Assembly (NCBI GenBank): GCA_951406725.2
Contig: OX597815.1
Coordinates: 213,652,001 to 213,716,000, forward strand
Reading direction: 5' to 3'
DNA length: 64,000 nucleotides
From: Octopus vulgaris
Lineage: Eukaryota
The notes under the pieces were generated by a model that saw only the letters and a program-made list of their open reading frames with translations, searched no databases and was not told where the DNA came from. Shown here piece after piece: positions 13,443-28,343 of this stretch. A program made the position numbers and the translations under genes. The stretch's first letter is position 1. The number at the start of each line of letters is the position of its first letter.

Positions 13443-13626
13443 ATTATTAAGTAAGAAAATGGAGAGATTTAATGGATATATGGATATAAATAAATTTATT
13501 TACATTTTTAGTAAGGTTTGCAATTGTTTCCATTTTATGTATTGTGTGTGAATTGAAACAATTGTAGGCCTTATTAACAATGTTAATAATTTTTTATCCA
13601 TTAAATCTCTCCATTTTCTTAATAAT
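13443..13626. repeat. Fold-back (inverted repeat) whose inner arms carry a hammerhead-like 3' half (GAAACAATTGT)
   Basis: AAGAAAATGGAGAGATTTAATGGATA pairs with TATCCATTAAATCTCTCCATTTTCTT; inner CAATTGTTTC pairs with GAAACAATTG. Confidence 0.8.
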
Positions 13627-13796
13627 CATCATCATCATCATCATTCAGCGTCCGCTTTCTATGCTAGCATGGGTTGAACGGTTCAACTGGGGTCTGAGAA
13701 GCCAGAAGGCTGCATCAGGCCCAGTCTGATCTGGCAGTGTTTCCACGGCTGGATGCCCTTCCTAACGCCAATCACTCCGTGAGTGTAGTGGGTGCC
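13626..13796 (-). mobile_element. SINE or RTE-related fragment with GGCGTTAGGAAGGGCATCCAGCC (Meta-like) motif and (ATG)n tail
   Basis: Motif and (CAT)n tail seen directly; a related degenerate copy lies at about 12865-12960. Confidence 0.55.
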
Positions 13797-14090
13797 AAGC
13801 CGTGACCGGCCAGGCTATCAGATGTTGCTACACGTCGCTGATCACAATGTGCTTCGCAGTGTTTTAGCCTTCAAATGACGCCACCCCGCTGGCTTAGCGA
13901 GCAGGCCAACAGAAGAAAGAGTGAGAGAAAGTTGTGGCGAAAGAGTACAGCAGAGATCGCCACCCCCCCCTGCTGGAGCGTCGTGGAGCTTTTAGGTGTT
14001 TTCGCTCAATAAACACTCATAACGCCCGGTCTGGGAATCGAAACCACGATCCTCCGACCGCTGCCCTAACCACTGGGCAGTTGCACCTCC
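13797..14090 (-). mobile_element. tRNA-derived SINE family C
   Basis: Matches 57780-58078; head CCCAGTGGTTAGGGCAGCGG...GGTTTCGATTCCCAGACC. Confidence 0.8.
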
Positions 14091-14290
14091 ACCCCCCCCC
14101 CACACATATATATATACACATATATATATATGTATGTATATATATATATGTATGTATATATATATATGTATGTATATATATATATGTATGTATATATATA
14201 TATACCTCCCTGCTTCCATTTCCTGAGCGCCTATTAATAATAATACTGTAATTGTTCCATTGTTGTTGTTTTTTTGTTTCCCGTTTGGAT

Positions 14291-14337
<47 letters not shown>

Positions 14338-14714
14338 ATGTGTGTGTGTGTGTGTGCATGGATCATGTCTGTATGTACGTATGTATGTAAGGCGGTGAGC
14401 TGGTAGTATGTTGGACAAAAGTACCGAACTGATTTCAAATTCCTCCGAAGCCAACGTTGCTTTCCACCCTTTCGGATTTGATAAAATAAAGTAGCAGTCA
14501 TGCACTGGAGTCAATTACATCGACTTTCCTCTCCCTTCAAAATTACTGGCCTTGAAGCCTACTACGGAACACTGTCCCGTTCAGAGGAGATTCTTGTAAT
14601 CTCGGTCATTTATATGCCACGGAAACCAGAAAAACGCCCTTAGGAGTCTTAGAGCTCAAGAAATACTATGTGCGTATGTATAGATTGTGTATACTTATGC
14701 ATATATATAGATAC

Positions 14715-14761
<47 letters not shown>

Positions 14762-15678
14762 TGATACACACACACATGTGATTATATGTATTTCATATTT
14801 ATCTATATAAGTGTTTGTATAAATGTTCGCCCACATACACATATATGAATTGAAGCACGAAAATTCAGTTCAGCAACGAAGCGGATGGATTTGAGGAGAG
14901 CGACATCTACTGGGAAGATGCGTAAGTTACTTGTGGAACTGAATAGAATGTTGGAAGCGAGGTTAGAAAAAGGACTGGAATGGGTTGAGAAACGTTTGAG
15001 AAACGACCAAAATATAAATTGAAAGAGATGTGTTAAGAGAGCCTGAATGAGGAACTCTGCGGGAAAAAAGGACAAAAATATGACGATGAAATACGAAGCC
15101 CGAGCAATTTTTTTTCTTTCCATTATTCATAATTAGAAATTCTTTCTTTTCTAAACGCTTCCACCCATCAAACCATTTGGCTGGAGAACTCCTAGGCTTT
15201 TTTTTAGGGGGGAATGAGGTCAACAAGCTAAATTGAAACCAAAGCGGTCTGGAATTTCAGTATTTGGGAAATACCGAAGAAGAAATTTTAATGTTACTCT
15301 GCTGATCTTGATTCTTCGTCGTAAGTTTGTGCACGCATGCGTAAGTATCATTGCACACACACACACACACACACGTACATATGTATACATACATACATAC
15401 ATACATACATATACATGCATATACACATATACATGTGTATATGTATGTATGCTTGTGTATACATATATGTATATACATATGTCTATATCTTTGTATAAAT
15501 GAGTGCCTATGTATATATACTTGAGTGTATATGTGTGTGTACGTGTGTATATGTATGTATGTATGCAAATAGCACATGGGTATATATAGCTTATTACATC
15601 TCTTCTGTCTTTCTATTTTCTAAGTATACATGCACAAATACACACATGTAGGTATAACACACACCTACACACACACAG

Positions 15679-15712
<34 letters not shown>

Positions 15713-16306
15713 GATAAATACATATACATACATAAATACACACACACATATATATACATATACATATACATAATATATATATACATAGAAATATACATAC
15801 ATTATACATGCGTATAAACATATACATGTGTATATATATATATGTATATGTGCATATATCTTTGTACAGATGTGTGTATACATGAGTGTATATGTGTGTG
15901 TACATATGTGTGTATGTATGCATATAGCACACATGGTGTATATAGCTTATTACATATCTCTTCTGTCTTTCTCTTTTTTTTCATATACGCATGTATATGC
16001 ATGTATAATGTATGTATAGATATATATACATTATGCATGCATATACATGCGTATACACATATACATGTGTGTATATATGTATGTTTGTCTATATATGTAT
16101 GTGCATATCTTTGTATAGATGAGTGTATGTGTGTGTATACATGAGTGTATATGTGTGTGTACGTGTGTATGTACGTGTGTATGTATGCATATAACGCACA
16201 TGGGTGTATATAGATTATTATATATCTCTTCTGTCTTTCTCTTTTTTTCAGTATACATGCACAAATGCACACGCCCCCCCCACACACGTACATATGATAG
16301 ATACAT

Positions 16307-16686
16307 TGGCTGTGTGGTAAGAAGCTTACTTCCCCAGCACATGGTTCCAGGCTCAGTCCCGCTGCGTGGCACCTTGGGCAAGTGTCTTCAACTATAGCCT
16401 CGGATCAACCAAAGCCTTGTGAGTGGATTTGGTAGACGGAAACTGAAAGAAGCCCGTCGCATATATGTATATATTTATGTGTGTGTCTGTGTTTGTCCCA
16501 CCACCATCGCTTGACAACCGATGTTGGTGTGTCAACGCCTCGTTACTTAGCGGTTTGGCAAAAGAAACGATAGAATAAGTACTAGGCTTACAAAGAATGA
16601 GTCCTGGGGGTGATTTGTTCGACTAAAGGCGGTACTCCAGCATGGCCGTAGTCAAATGACTGAAACAAGTAAAAGAATAAAAGAAA
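16307..16686 (+). mobile_element. SINE family A copy
   Basis: Head, core and tail present, ending in a (TAAAAGA)-like repeat. Confidence 0.85.
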
Positions 16687-16707
16687 AAATACACGCATGC
16701 GCGCACA

Positions 16708-16745
<38 letters not shown>

Positions 16746-17575
16746 CGAGTGAGCTGGCAATCGAAAGAAAGTGGCACTTAATACATTTGGTAGGAATGAC
16801 ATATATTATTTAATAACAATTTGACTCAGTCAGCATAACGTTTCGTAGAATCGCAGAGCAAAGCTATCTCGACAGGGATGAGGATATAAAGCATTGTAAA
16901 TACCATTTTATTTTCGAGAAGAGAAGTAGGAAAATCTGACGAACTGATGACATTCCAAACCCATAATTAATTCCTACTGGAAACCTGTTCTGCTACCCCA
17001 GAGAATAAAAAGCAGTTAGAATTATAATTTTTTTGCAAAAATTTATATTTTTAATAATATGCTTTTGTGTTCTTAGAAAAAAAATTGCCTTTTTTTTACG
17101 TATGAGAACTATCCGGTCCAATAGTATATAAAATAGTTTCACACTGGTGTATGGAAATGAAATAAGTTACATGAAAACGAATTGAAAAAATGGTGCCTCT
17201 ACAGGTTTGCTGGATAACTTTGTAGAGATAGTAGTCGAATGTATATGAAGACATAATCAATCCTTTTTGTAAATGTAAGATCACATTAGATTATGCAGTT
17301 GTAGACATATCTGTAAGAAATAAGAGACAAGGTGGTCACGGCTTAAGGTCTTTGAACATAGGTTTCTCAGTCATTCATTATTACATTGAATCTAAGCTAT
17401 AACACGATCAGAATATTATTGAAATTACTTTTACGTAAATATTTTCATAGGGATGTCATTTCTGTGCAATATCGATTAATTCAAGAATTAGAAATAATAA
17501 ATAAATTTAAACAATATCCATATGAGATCAATGAAGGTTTCCTTTCGTTTCTTTGCATTCGTTAATATGGATTCA

Positions 17576-17635
<60 letters not shown>

Positions 17636-17677
17636 GTGTGTGTGCGTAAGTGTACATGCATGTGTATACATACATTA

Positions 17678-18255
17678 AGGCGGCGAGCTGGCAGAAAGGT
17701 TAGCACGTCGGGCGATATGCTGAGAGGTATTTCGTCTGCCGCTACGTCTGAGTTCAAATTCCGCCGCGGTCGACTTTGCCTTTCATCCTTTCTGGGTCGA
17801 TTAAATAAGTACCAGTTACGCACTAGGGTCGATAAAACCGACTTAATCCGTTTGTCTATCCTTGTTTGACCTCTCTGTGTTTAGCCTCTTGTAGGTAGTA
17901 AAGAAATAGGTATTTCGTCTGCCGCTACGTTCTGAGTTCAAATTCCACCGAGGTCGACTTTGCCTTTCATCCTTTCAGGATCGATAAATTAAGTCACAGT
18001 TGTGCACTGGGGTCGATGTAATCGACTGGCCCCCTCCCGCAAAATCTCGGGCCTTGTGCCTAGAGTAGAAAAGAATTATAACTACACAAAATTCTCAGCT
18101 ACATTTCTTTCGATTCATCACGTTCTGAATTCAAATCCCGCCGAGGGCGACTTTGTTTTTCACCCTTTGCGGGTCGATAAAATAAGAACCTGGTGGGGTC
18201 GAGGTAATCGAGTTCCCTTCCCCTCCAATTCGCTGGTCTTGTGTCAAACTTAGAA
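17678..18255 (+). mobile_element. Cluster of SINE family B copies (full copy plus tandem partial copies)
   Basis: AAGGCGGCGAGCTGGCAGAA head. GGTATTTCGTCTGCCGCTACG...GAGTTCAAATTCC..GGTCGACTTTGCCTTTCATCCTTTC repeats at about 17726 and 17909, and degenerate at about 18120. Confidence 0.8.
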
Positions 18256-18744
18256 AAATATGTATGTGTGCATACATATACAGACACAATGTATACCTAT
18301 ACAGACACACTGTATACCTATACAGACACACACATTGCGTAGTTAGTTGGGAAGTGCAGCATTGTACCCATGACATTTTCCAGGGCTTCTGTGACAGCTG
18401 GAAGAAGTTATTCTTAGTCCGATCTCTTCATCTCTATCCTTACAATAGAGTGGATGGGAAACAGATTAAGCCCATCATCCAAGAACAGAGAGAGATTTTC
18501 CGATGTTTTTCCACATAGTTTCCGATCATGTCACAAGGAAAAAATGTATATTGAACTTAGACGTTTAGCTTTTTCTGTTTCAATAGTAAAACAGGTGCTA
18601 TAACAAATCGATATATGTTGTGAAGAAAGTATCTAGTATGGTGTTTTCAATATTTGATTTTAAATTTCGTTAGGAAAAAAAAATACTACAATTTTTCTTT
18701 TCATCAGTTCTATCTGATCGTGTGTTGTATCTTACCTATATCTT

Positions 18745-18972
18745 TCTTTACTACCCACAGGAGACTAAACACAGAGGGGACAAACAAGGACAGACAAACG
18801 GGTTAAGTCGATTACATCGACTCCAGTGCGTAACTGGTACTTAGTTTATCGACCCCGAAAGGATGAAAGGTAAAGTCGACCTCGGCGGAATTTGAACTCA
18901 GAACGTAACGGCAGACGAAATACGGCTACGCATTTCGCCCGGCGTTCTAACGTCTCTGCCACTTTACCGCCT
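18745..18972 (-). mobile_element. SINE family B copy
   Basis: Reverse complement of 17678-17910. Confidence 0.8.
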
Positions 18973-21900
18973 ATAAGTTTAATCTTGCCGTGATTCATGC
19001 ACCGAAAGTTAGCCTTTGCACGATTACTTTTGAAAATATGCTTTAAAAAGACAGTAAAGATAACAAAAAAAAAAGAAAAAAAGCAAAGAGTAAAACAAAA
19101 ACTGGACCCTAATTTTCCCTATGACAGTAAAATTCTGAGGTTGTGGGGGTTATTTGGCATAATCCTGTCTCTGAAGTCGACAAAATATGTAATTATATAC
19201 AATGTCTCTTCCAACAATGACTTGCAATTAAGCATTGTATATATTTTACCTCTTGATTAATTAGGCTAATAAAAATTGATTGTCATTCCGCTTTTAACGG
19301 AATAGAAACCGCTGGTATGCCAAGCCTAGTGGACATCAGGTCGGCACCCTAGGGATTTTCGTAGCTGCAGGCTGTCTCTGCCTTTACCTGATAACGATTG
19401 AGTCTAGATCTATTCTTTACAGAAAATATTAGCACATTCCATCAAATGATTTGCAATTCGGTAAAAGGAAAGGAAAACGAGAGAGAAGAGGAGAGAGAGA
19501 AGGTGGGAAAGAGATAGCTGCCTGCTGCCTGGGATGAATAGAATCAATACGATATATTGAACGTGTGCGTTATCTAACTATCATATTCAGACTATTTTTA
19601 AAACAACTGCCCCATCCGTCTGGTCAGGTCAAAGTTGTATAATACTAGCGATCAGACAACTGCGTTTATAGTTTATAGTTATCAGGAAGTAGTCAATAGG
19701 AGAACCTTCAGAATACTACCACACAGGCTGTAGACTGGCTTCTTACGTTCGCCCACGTATCATAAAGTGTTAGAGATAGATAATATGTTCGTGTAGGCTT
19801 ACAAAGCAAGGATATAGATTTCCTGCATCGGCATAGAGAACGACATGCATAAATGAGGTGATAATGAACCAAACAACAGTTTTAAAAGGCGGCGTTTCCT
19901 ATCATGTCACCGCCATTGCGTCTAAACATTCAACAGTCAGTTAATGAATTTATCTGGCTTCTAAGCTGGAACTGTTTTTGTGATCTGCTGTAGCCGCCCT
20001 GTCGGCAGTGTCATTACTATAAAACTGATGTATGTTTCGATAGCTTGCAGTGTTGAGTACGAGTCGTGTTGTGGAAAACCATTCTGCTGTATTCTTTCTC
20101 CTGTGTGAAGACTGGCCTGTCAGTTGCATCTCGGTATTTCGCTAGTACTACTAGGAAACCGTCACTAAGCCTCTCAGTTACAGTTATAAATGATTAAATC
20201 GACTTCGGTATATTCGAGTCAAGAGGGGAGCTTCTAAGAAATCGTTCAACCTGCAAATGATTATATCGAAGTTTTCCTCAAACCACACCAGGCTGTCTTT
20301 AAAGTAGAAGAATCCAGTGATATAATCTTAGATATGCATAAAAACAAAAAATCTTACATGGCAGTCAAGACAAGAACGCCTTTCATCATGGGTCTATACG
20401 ATCTACATCAACCTCGGTTTAAAGATTCCCTACACTAGAAATCAAAACCGACTCTGGGTAAAATTGAACTTATAAGTTTGGGGGATGAATCTAAATACAT
20501 ACAAACTGGTGATTTCTTCTCTACCACTTCTGTCACTCCAGTAGGTTGTTACCGTTTAGGAGTATCAGAAAAAGTATTGATTTCTAACACTGGTAAAATA
20601 CCACGGTTTTGGAGGTGGGGGGCAATCGATTAAATCAACATAACCGTAATTAACTGATAATCATCTAATAGATTCCAGAAGGGTGAAAAGTGAAACTGTC
20701 GTTGACCAGTTTTGAACTCGGAATGCAAACGTGATAAATGTTTTGTAAGAAACTCTATCGATTTTAGCAGCACCTTTCTAAGTATTTACGGCGCTCTAAA
20801 AGTCAATATTAACTTGAACAAGTAATTATCAAAGTAGACATATCACTTCTGACGGTTCTGTATTGTATTATCCATTTCAATAATATCATATTATTCTGAA
20901 ATTTCGCTTTATATATAAAATTTCATGGAAGCAAGTCTCAGGCTTGTGCAGAAGGATAAAAGAACTTTCGCTTTGAATGTTATTAACAGCAATTTAACGG
21001 AAATGACTACAATTTACACAGGAAACTAATTCAACGAATCAGCAAACTGAGGGTTAATGCATATGACATGTATATTGTTATAACAATAAACATAGACAAG
21101 TTATTAGATTCCTTTCGCTAGTTGCCGAATTTTATCTTCAGGGAACTTTTGATTGTTTAAGTCAGAAGAAATGAACTTATCCTCAAACGTATCAGCCTGA
21201 AACTCATGGTGGCTAACTCCCAGATTGTCAGATTGTCAGATTGATGCGTTTAATGTTAAGGTTGAACCGCTGCAAGTCTACAGGAAACATGTAAATGAGA
21301 ATGGAAATTCTAGAGAGTTCAGAGATACATTTTAAAACGGGAAGATTATCCATAGTGATTGGTAACACAGAATGGGTGACAAGTGGGGAGAGGCAGATGC
21401 GTTGGGTAGTCTTGGTGGCTGTGGAATGGAATTACTTAGCTCAGAAGAACAGAAATAGATTGTGGAAGTCGTGCCTGAGTGGATGAGAAGTTGGTGTTTA
21501 TGAATAAATCCTTTGGATGGGTTTAGTATGTTTCGTGTGCAACAGTTGCGTAGTTTCAGATGTGAGAGGAGTACTTCATCGAATGACTCACTTAAGTTTT
21601 GTAGACAGTCAACAGCTATTCAGGAATGAAATATGTTTTGGTTCTGAACAGAGGGCTAGTTTTTGGACTGTAGTTTTTGTCCCAGTAATAAGAGCACTAC
21701 AACATTTTCCGGCACACATGCCGACGTAGTGTATAGTGTATAGAAGAAATGACATTAAAACATCGTCACTATCTTTCCAGATTCTGTCGCATTTCACATG
21801 GAACTTTTGTCCTCAAAAAGCCGTATTGGAGTATATAAGTAAACCTACCTCTTTTGATTGTAAATTTTGGTCTGAAAAATTCGATTTGTATGCTGAAAAT

Positions 21901-22629
21901 ACGGTTTTTGAGTTCGTTTGTGAAAGCCCCGAGGAAATTTGCTTGGCTGGATACTGTTAAGTATAAAAATATGTAAAATCATTGTCTGAATACGTGATTT
22001 ACAACACAGCTGGAATCGATTTTGTATTTTGATTACTTCAGGGTCATTAAATAAAGTACAAGTTATACACTGATGGTGATTCTACAGATTGTTCTTTTTT
22101 ATCATAAATTATTGGTATTTTGCCCGGCGAAAACAAAGCAATATTTTATATCAATGCAGGACGGTGAGCTGTCAGAGCACGTCAGATAAAATGCCTATGA
22201 ACATTTCGTTTGTCAGTACGTTCTGAGTCGTACAGAAATACGAAATGCGAATTCCGCGGAGGTCAACTTTGCCTTTCGTCTTTGCGGGGTCCATAAAACA
22301 AATACCAGTTGTACACTGGGGGTCGATGTAAGCGACTTGTTTCCTTCCCCAAAGTTGCTGATCTTGTGCAAAATCAATATTTTATTTCAATGAAGAGTGT
22401 GGGTCGAGTTGTTGCAAACAATGTAATGCTGATCAATGTGTTTTAACGAGTTTAGTTTTGTGTCGCTATGTTTTGAGTTCAAATCTCTGCACCGAAACTT
22501 CGTCTTTGATTGCTTCGGCTGTCGATAAAATAAGAACCGGTACTGAAATACTAACAATCGATTTATAATCCTTCTCATACGAAGTTTGGATTTGGACCTA
22601 TTCGATAGAATGCAACAAGTGTGTGTGTG

Positions 22630-22663
<34 letters not shown>

Positions 22664-24486
22664 TAGAGAGAGAGAGAGATGAAACTTTAGATGCCTTAGT
22701 AAATTTTTAATGTTTTTTTCTGTAGTTTCTCTGACATCTAATTCATACATACCTACCTACATAATACATACATACATACATACATACATACATACATACA
22801 TACATACATACATTAGTATACAGAGGGAAGAGATAGAGAGAGTGAGAGAGGGGGTGATCAACGTGGTGTATAAGAGTTAAAAACTGGACCCGAAACCCCA
22901 TGGTCGCAAAGTAAGCTTCTTGTTCCCGAAAACCTACTTGAATTTTGAAACCGATTTTCTCCGAAGCAACTGAAAAGGCAATGAAAAGGCAGAAACAGGT
23001 TACAGTTGGGGGTAACTCCTCGTGCTACTAAATTTGTTGACGCTCTTGTGAGTTAATTTCTTTCTGGTTCCAACTCTTCCGATTCTTTCTCCGGAATCGA
23101 CCAATATAATTATTTCAAATTTTGGCACAAACTAGTAACCTTTTCCCCAAATGGTCGGGGATTACTCGATTACACAGACACCGAAAAAAATGAAAGACAA
23201 AGTTAACCGCGGTAGAATTTGTACTCAGAACGTAAACAGCCGGAAGAAATGCCACCGAGCATTGTGTCCGACGTGCTAACTCACCGCCTTTGAGTCCATC
23301 AATATAATTATTTCTGCCATAGGCACAAATCCTGAAATTATGTGGGAGGGGACTAGTAGATGACATCGATCCCAGAGGTCAACTGGTTCTTTATTTTATT
23401 AAATCCGAAAGGATGAAAGACAAAGTCAACTTCAGCGGAATTTCAACTCAAATTCTTTCTAATTTTTGGCACTAGGTCCGTAATTTTGAGGGAAGGTGAA
23501 GTGGATTACATCGGTCCCAGTGCTCAACAGGTACTTATTTTATCAACTCTAAAAGAATGAAAGCAAAGTCGACCTCAGTGGAATTTGAACGCAAAGAGCC
23601 GGAAGAAATACTATGAAGCTCTTTGTCCGATGTGCTTACGATTCTGCCAACTCGCAGCCGTAGAGTTAATCAAAACGATAGCCGAAAAAATTTGTAGTTG
23701 ACTCAGTCGGCCATTCATTTCCGCTACAAAACTTATTCTTATGCATAAATAAGAAACCTTAATTTATTAATAATTTCACTAAAATGTTGATAAAAAACGG
23801 AGTAGTGGAGAGTCAAACTGGGACCGACCATGTGCCTCGGTGCCCAATCCTGTCAACGCTTCGCAACGATATCCAATTTAATGAATAAATCTAAAAGGCA
23901 AAGCACTCCACTCCTCTATTTTAGGTTCTGGAAAACAAATCTTAATACGTTCAACAGATCTTCAGATGAAGGCATTAGATACCAGTTAAAAGAAAACTAG
24001 ATTAATTACGGTATTTGAATTACTTGAGGTTGTCTGCCTTTTTTTTCTTCTTCTCCCAATGCTTATGATAACAAGCTAGCGCTATGTTATCCGATGACAA
24101 TTAAAAATTGGAATAGCTAACACGCTTTCTTCGAACCTTGGAAACTCTAAGCTCTGAAATGACAAAAGGTTGGCTGGGAAAATAACTTAGATTATCATAT
24201 TGTCAACGTGAAAAACATAACCAGCAAATTTGGCTTTCCGCTTCAACTCACTTCTTGGTCGTTAACTTTCATAAGGTCGTTGAGAGCGCAACCGTCAAGA
24301 CAACCCTGAGACTAGTTTACGACCTGAAGGACTTCTAAGGTTACATATTTTGTTTACATATGTTTTATCTTATGAAAAATATATTTATCAGGGTGCTAAT
24401 TTTTTCCTGGACAATATATATGATACAATTTGGGTCGTTAGAATCACGCACATATGCTCATTATATATATAAATTTATATACATAC

Positions 24487-24585
<99 letters not shown>

Positions 24586-24914
24586 AAACACACACACACA
24601 CTCACGCAGGTATACATACGTATATATAATTGGGTGGGTGGATGATGAAACTCGAAGCAGATGAAACTATAAGTAATAGCGTGAAAATATTGAATTAAGA
24701 AACACTTTGGATAGAAAATGTCGAAAGTTAACCATGTGATAACAGTGTGTATATATATATATATATACACGCACACACATATTGTATGTGCGTATACAAA
24801 TACACACACATGCACATGTATGTGTGATTTTAATATTACACGAATGACTAAAGTACTCTCGGCACTTTAGTCTATTCATGCAACGTTAAAATCAAAGCCA
24901 TACAATATTGCTTT

Positions 24915-25132
24915 CAAATTTTGGCACAAGCACCAGCAATTTCGGGGCTGCGGGAGGGGGTAAGTCGATAACATCGACCTCAATGCTCAACTGGTACTTA
25001 GTTTATTGACCTCGAACGGACGAAAGGCAAAGTCGGCCACGGTGAAATTTGAACTCAGATCGTGAAGATGGACGAAACGCCGATAAGCATTTCTGTCGGG
25101 CGTGCTGCTGATTCTGCCAGCTCGCCGCCTTA
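24915..25132 (-). mobile_element. SINE family B copy
   Basis: Ends in CTGCCAGCTCGCCGCCTT, the reverse complement of the family head. Confidence 0.75.
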
Positions 25133-25211
25133 AAGCGAAATGATATTGCAGAAGAGGACATATAAGGAACGCACACACCTACACACCCACATACAAACAC
25201 ACACACACATA

Positions 25212-25381
<170 letters not shown>

Positions 25382-25629
25382 TACATATATGTATGTATGT
25401 ATATATATATCAGGTCATATGGTAATCCAATGCAGAGTGTTTATGCAGCAGAAATCCAAAAGGTCCGATCAATGAAATTACTTCGGATCTAACGGATGTA
25501 ACATTCTGCATTACATTTCTCTGTATTGGCTCATTATGTGTGTGTGCGGGGGAGTGGGGGGTGTCAGCCCAGTCTCCTAGAGGAGCTTTCTGTGATAGTC
25601 ACACGACTCTCTGAGTCCATATTTTATAC

Positions 25630-25716
<87 letters not shown>

Positions 25717-25731
25717 CATATACATAGCCAC

Positions 25732-25770
<39 letters not shown>

Positions 25771-25856
25771 CATACCCACATATATACATATATATATATA
25801 TATACATATACATACCCACATATATACATATATATACACACATACAGTGATGCTGT

Positions 25857-26168
25857 ATGGCGTACTGGTTAGGACATTCGGCTGACGATCGTAATTTCGT
25901 GAGTTCAGTTCCCGGCAATGCGTTGTGTCCTTGAGCAAGACACTTTATTTCACGTTGCTGCAGTCCATTCAGCGTGCGAAAATGAGTAGTTCCTATATCT
26001 TAAAGGGCCAATCTTGTCACACTCTGTGTCACGGTAAATTTCCCTGAGAACTACGTTAAGGGTACATGTATCTGAGGAGTGCTCAGCCACTTGCACGTTA
26101 ATTTCACGAGCAGGCTGTTCCGTTGATCGTATCAGCTGGGACCCTCGTCGTCGTAACCGACGGAGTGT
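25857..26168 (+). mobile_element. tRNA-derived SINE with a family D-type body and a different 3' tail
   Basis: tRNA-like head; TGTGTCCTTGAGCAAGACACTTTATTTCACGTTGCT body shared with the copies at 45348 and 46358; tail ...GGAGTGCTCAGCCACTTGCACG...CGTAACCGACGGAGTG. Confidence 0.7.
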
Positions 26169-26414
26169 TCCTTTGTATATGATAATATAAATAATAAATA
26201 AATATAAGCATACATACATACGTTTATGTACATACCTACATCTATATGTATATATACATGCATATATGGGTACAGGACATGAGAAAAACGTTGAACATAA
26301 AAACAAAAACATGGAAACGAACTTTTTTTCAAACAACGAAAAAAACCCAGAGAAACAAGACATACAACATAAGGAATATCCCCCTTCTTCAGTTGTCCCT
26401 TTTTCGTCTACTCC

Positions 26415-26466
<52 letters not shown>

Positions 26467-26468
26467 AT

Positions 26469-26533
<65 letters not shown>

Positions 26534-27217
26534 CACATATATTTTCATATAACAGTGATAGGCAAGGACAAGAGGGTGATAAAGAATAGAGAGAGAGAGA
26601 AAGTGAGAGAGTGAGTGAGGTGAGAGAAAGAAACAAAAGGAAAAGGTGGGGGTGATGAGCGAATTCTTGTCTAATTTGGAATTTCATGGTCTCTAAAACT
26701 AAACTGGGCATTTAGTTCTGATGGAAAGAAGCTATTTCTTTTATTGCTGTGAAAAATGAAATATTTGTCCTTTTGGCATCATCGAGATATTCCAGCTGGA
26801 GACGCTTACCATATTGTATGAGAAACAAAGCGTTAGATTAAAAGAGAAAGAAAGAAAGAGAGAAAGAGGGGGAGAGAGAGAGACAGAAGGAGAGGGATGG
26901 AAAAGAGAGAGGGGGAGATGGATATAAAGAGGAGAGAGAGATATAGAGGTAGGTGGAAACAAAAAGAAAAGATGCATTATTTGAAGAAGGAGGGGGGTGT
27001 ATATGAAAGATGCTTGGAAATGATTTACTGCTCCCTGGGGAATTTCCCTACTCGGAAAAATATCCGATCTAATGAACACAATCTACTAGTTAACCTTTCT
27101 ACTGAATCAAATGAACAACGCTTTATTAAATTAGATACCCAAGTGACTTACTTCATTTAAGAGATCAATTTAAACACACTAAAGGGTGTACATATATATA
27201 TATACTTACATATATAT

Positions 27218-27267
<50 letters not shown>

Positions 27268-27281
27268 ACTTACATATATAT

Positions 27282-27326
<45 letters not shown>

Positions 27327-27412
27327 TTTACATATATATATATAATATATGCGTGCTTGAATCTGTGTGTGTGTATATATATATACATATATATATAATA
27401 TATGCGTTCCTG

Positions 27413-27459
<47 letters not shown>

Positions 27460-28158
27460 ATGTATCTATATGTATGTATGTATATTTGCATGGGTATACA
27501 TGTGTGTATATGTATGTATGCATGCATGTATGTATTATGTATATATGTGTTTATATACATACAAATGCATGCGATGTCGTGTAGTGAATATTAAATTAGC
27601 CTTGTCCTTAAGATCTCTACCACCCACCCCCTTCTTAGAAATCCTTCATTATCAACAGGAGCTTCTTGTAAGCAAGCTACAATGAATTGCATGGTGATTA
27701 GAAAATGTCAGGATCGTTGGTAGTGAAAAGGTTCTATGTATTCTTTTTCCCTCCCAAGAGATAATATGCTTAACTAAGCATATTTCCTTATTAGGCCACA
27801 TAATTGACGTTGGACAGAAAAACATGATAAAATAAACAACAAAAAGTACCAACAAATACTAATTCTCCCATCCTTATTTTCTTAATTCTCGTTTCTGTTT
27901 TCTCTTTGTGCTCTCTAATAATTACTTTTACGGATGCTTGGGTGGGACAGCGAGATGGTGTTACCCTGTAGTATCTATGTACACATTGGCTGAACCGGGC
28001 CATTTGAAAATAAGTGTCCAGGCAACAGTCAAAACCAGTTCTGAGGATAAGATACAAATCGCCGACCACACAGACGATTGTTTTCTGCTCTCTTCACCGG
28101 GTCATACCATCCAATAGTTACTCTTTTACTTCTTTCTGAGTTCGATTCCAGACAGTGA

Positions 28159-28233
<75 letters not shown>

Positions 28234-28299
28234 CAACAACAACAACAACATCGAAAACAAATCTTAGGAATGAGAACCCAGGTTCGAAATTTCTCCAAG

Positions 28300-28343
28300 A
28301 CATCTGATGAAGGCTGGAGGGTATATCAGCCGAAACGTTGTGA
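28300..28343 (+). ncRNA. Minimal type I hammerhead ribozyme (Penelope-type) in a ~150-bp repeat fragment
   Basis: CAT-CTGATGA-A-GGCTG-(loop)-CAGCC-GAAAC-GTT-GTG. Helix II is 5 bp, helix III is the palindrome AACGTT, helix I is only 3 bp. Confidence 0.7.
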
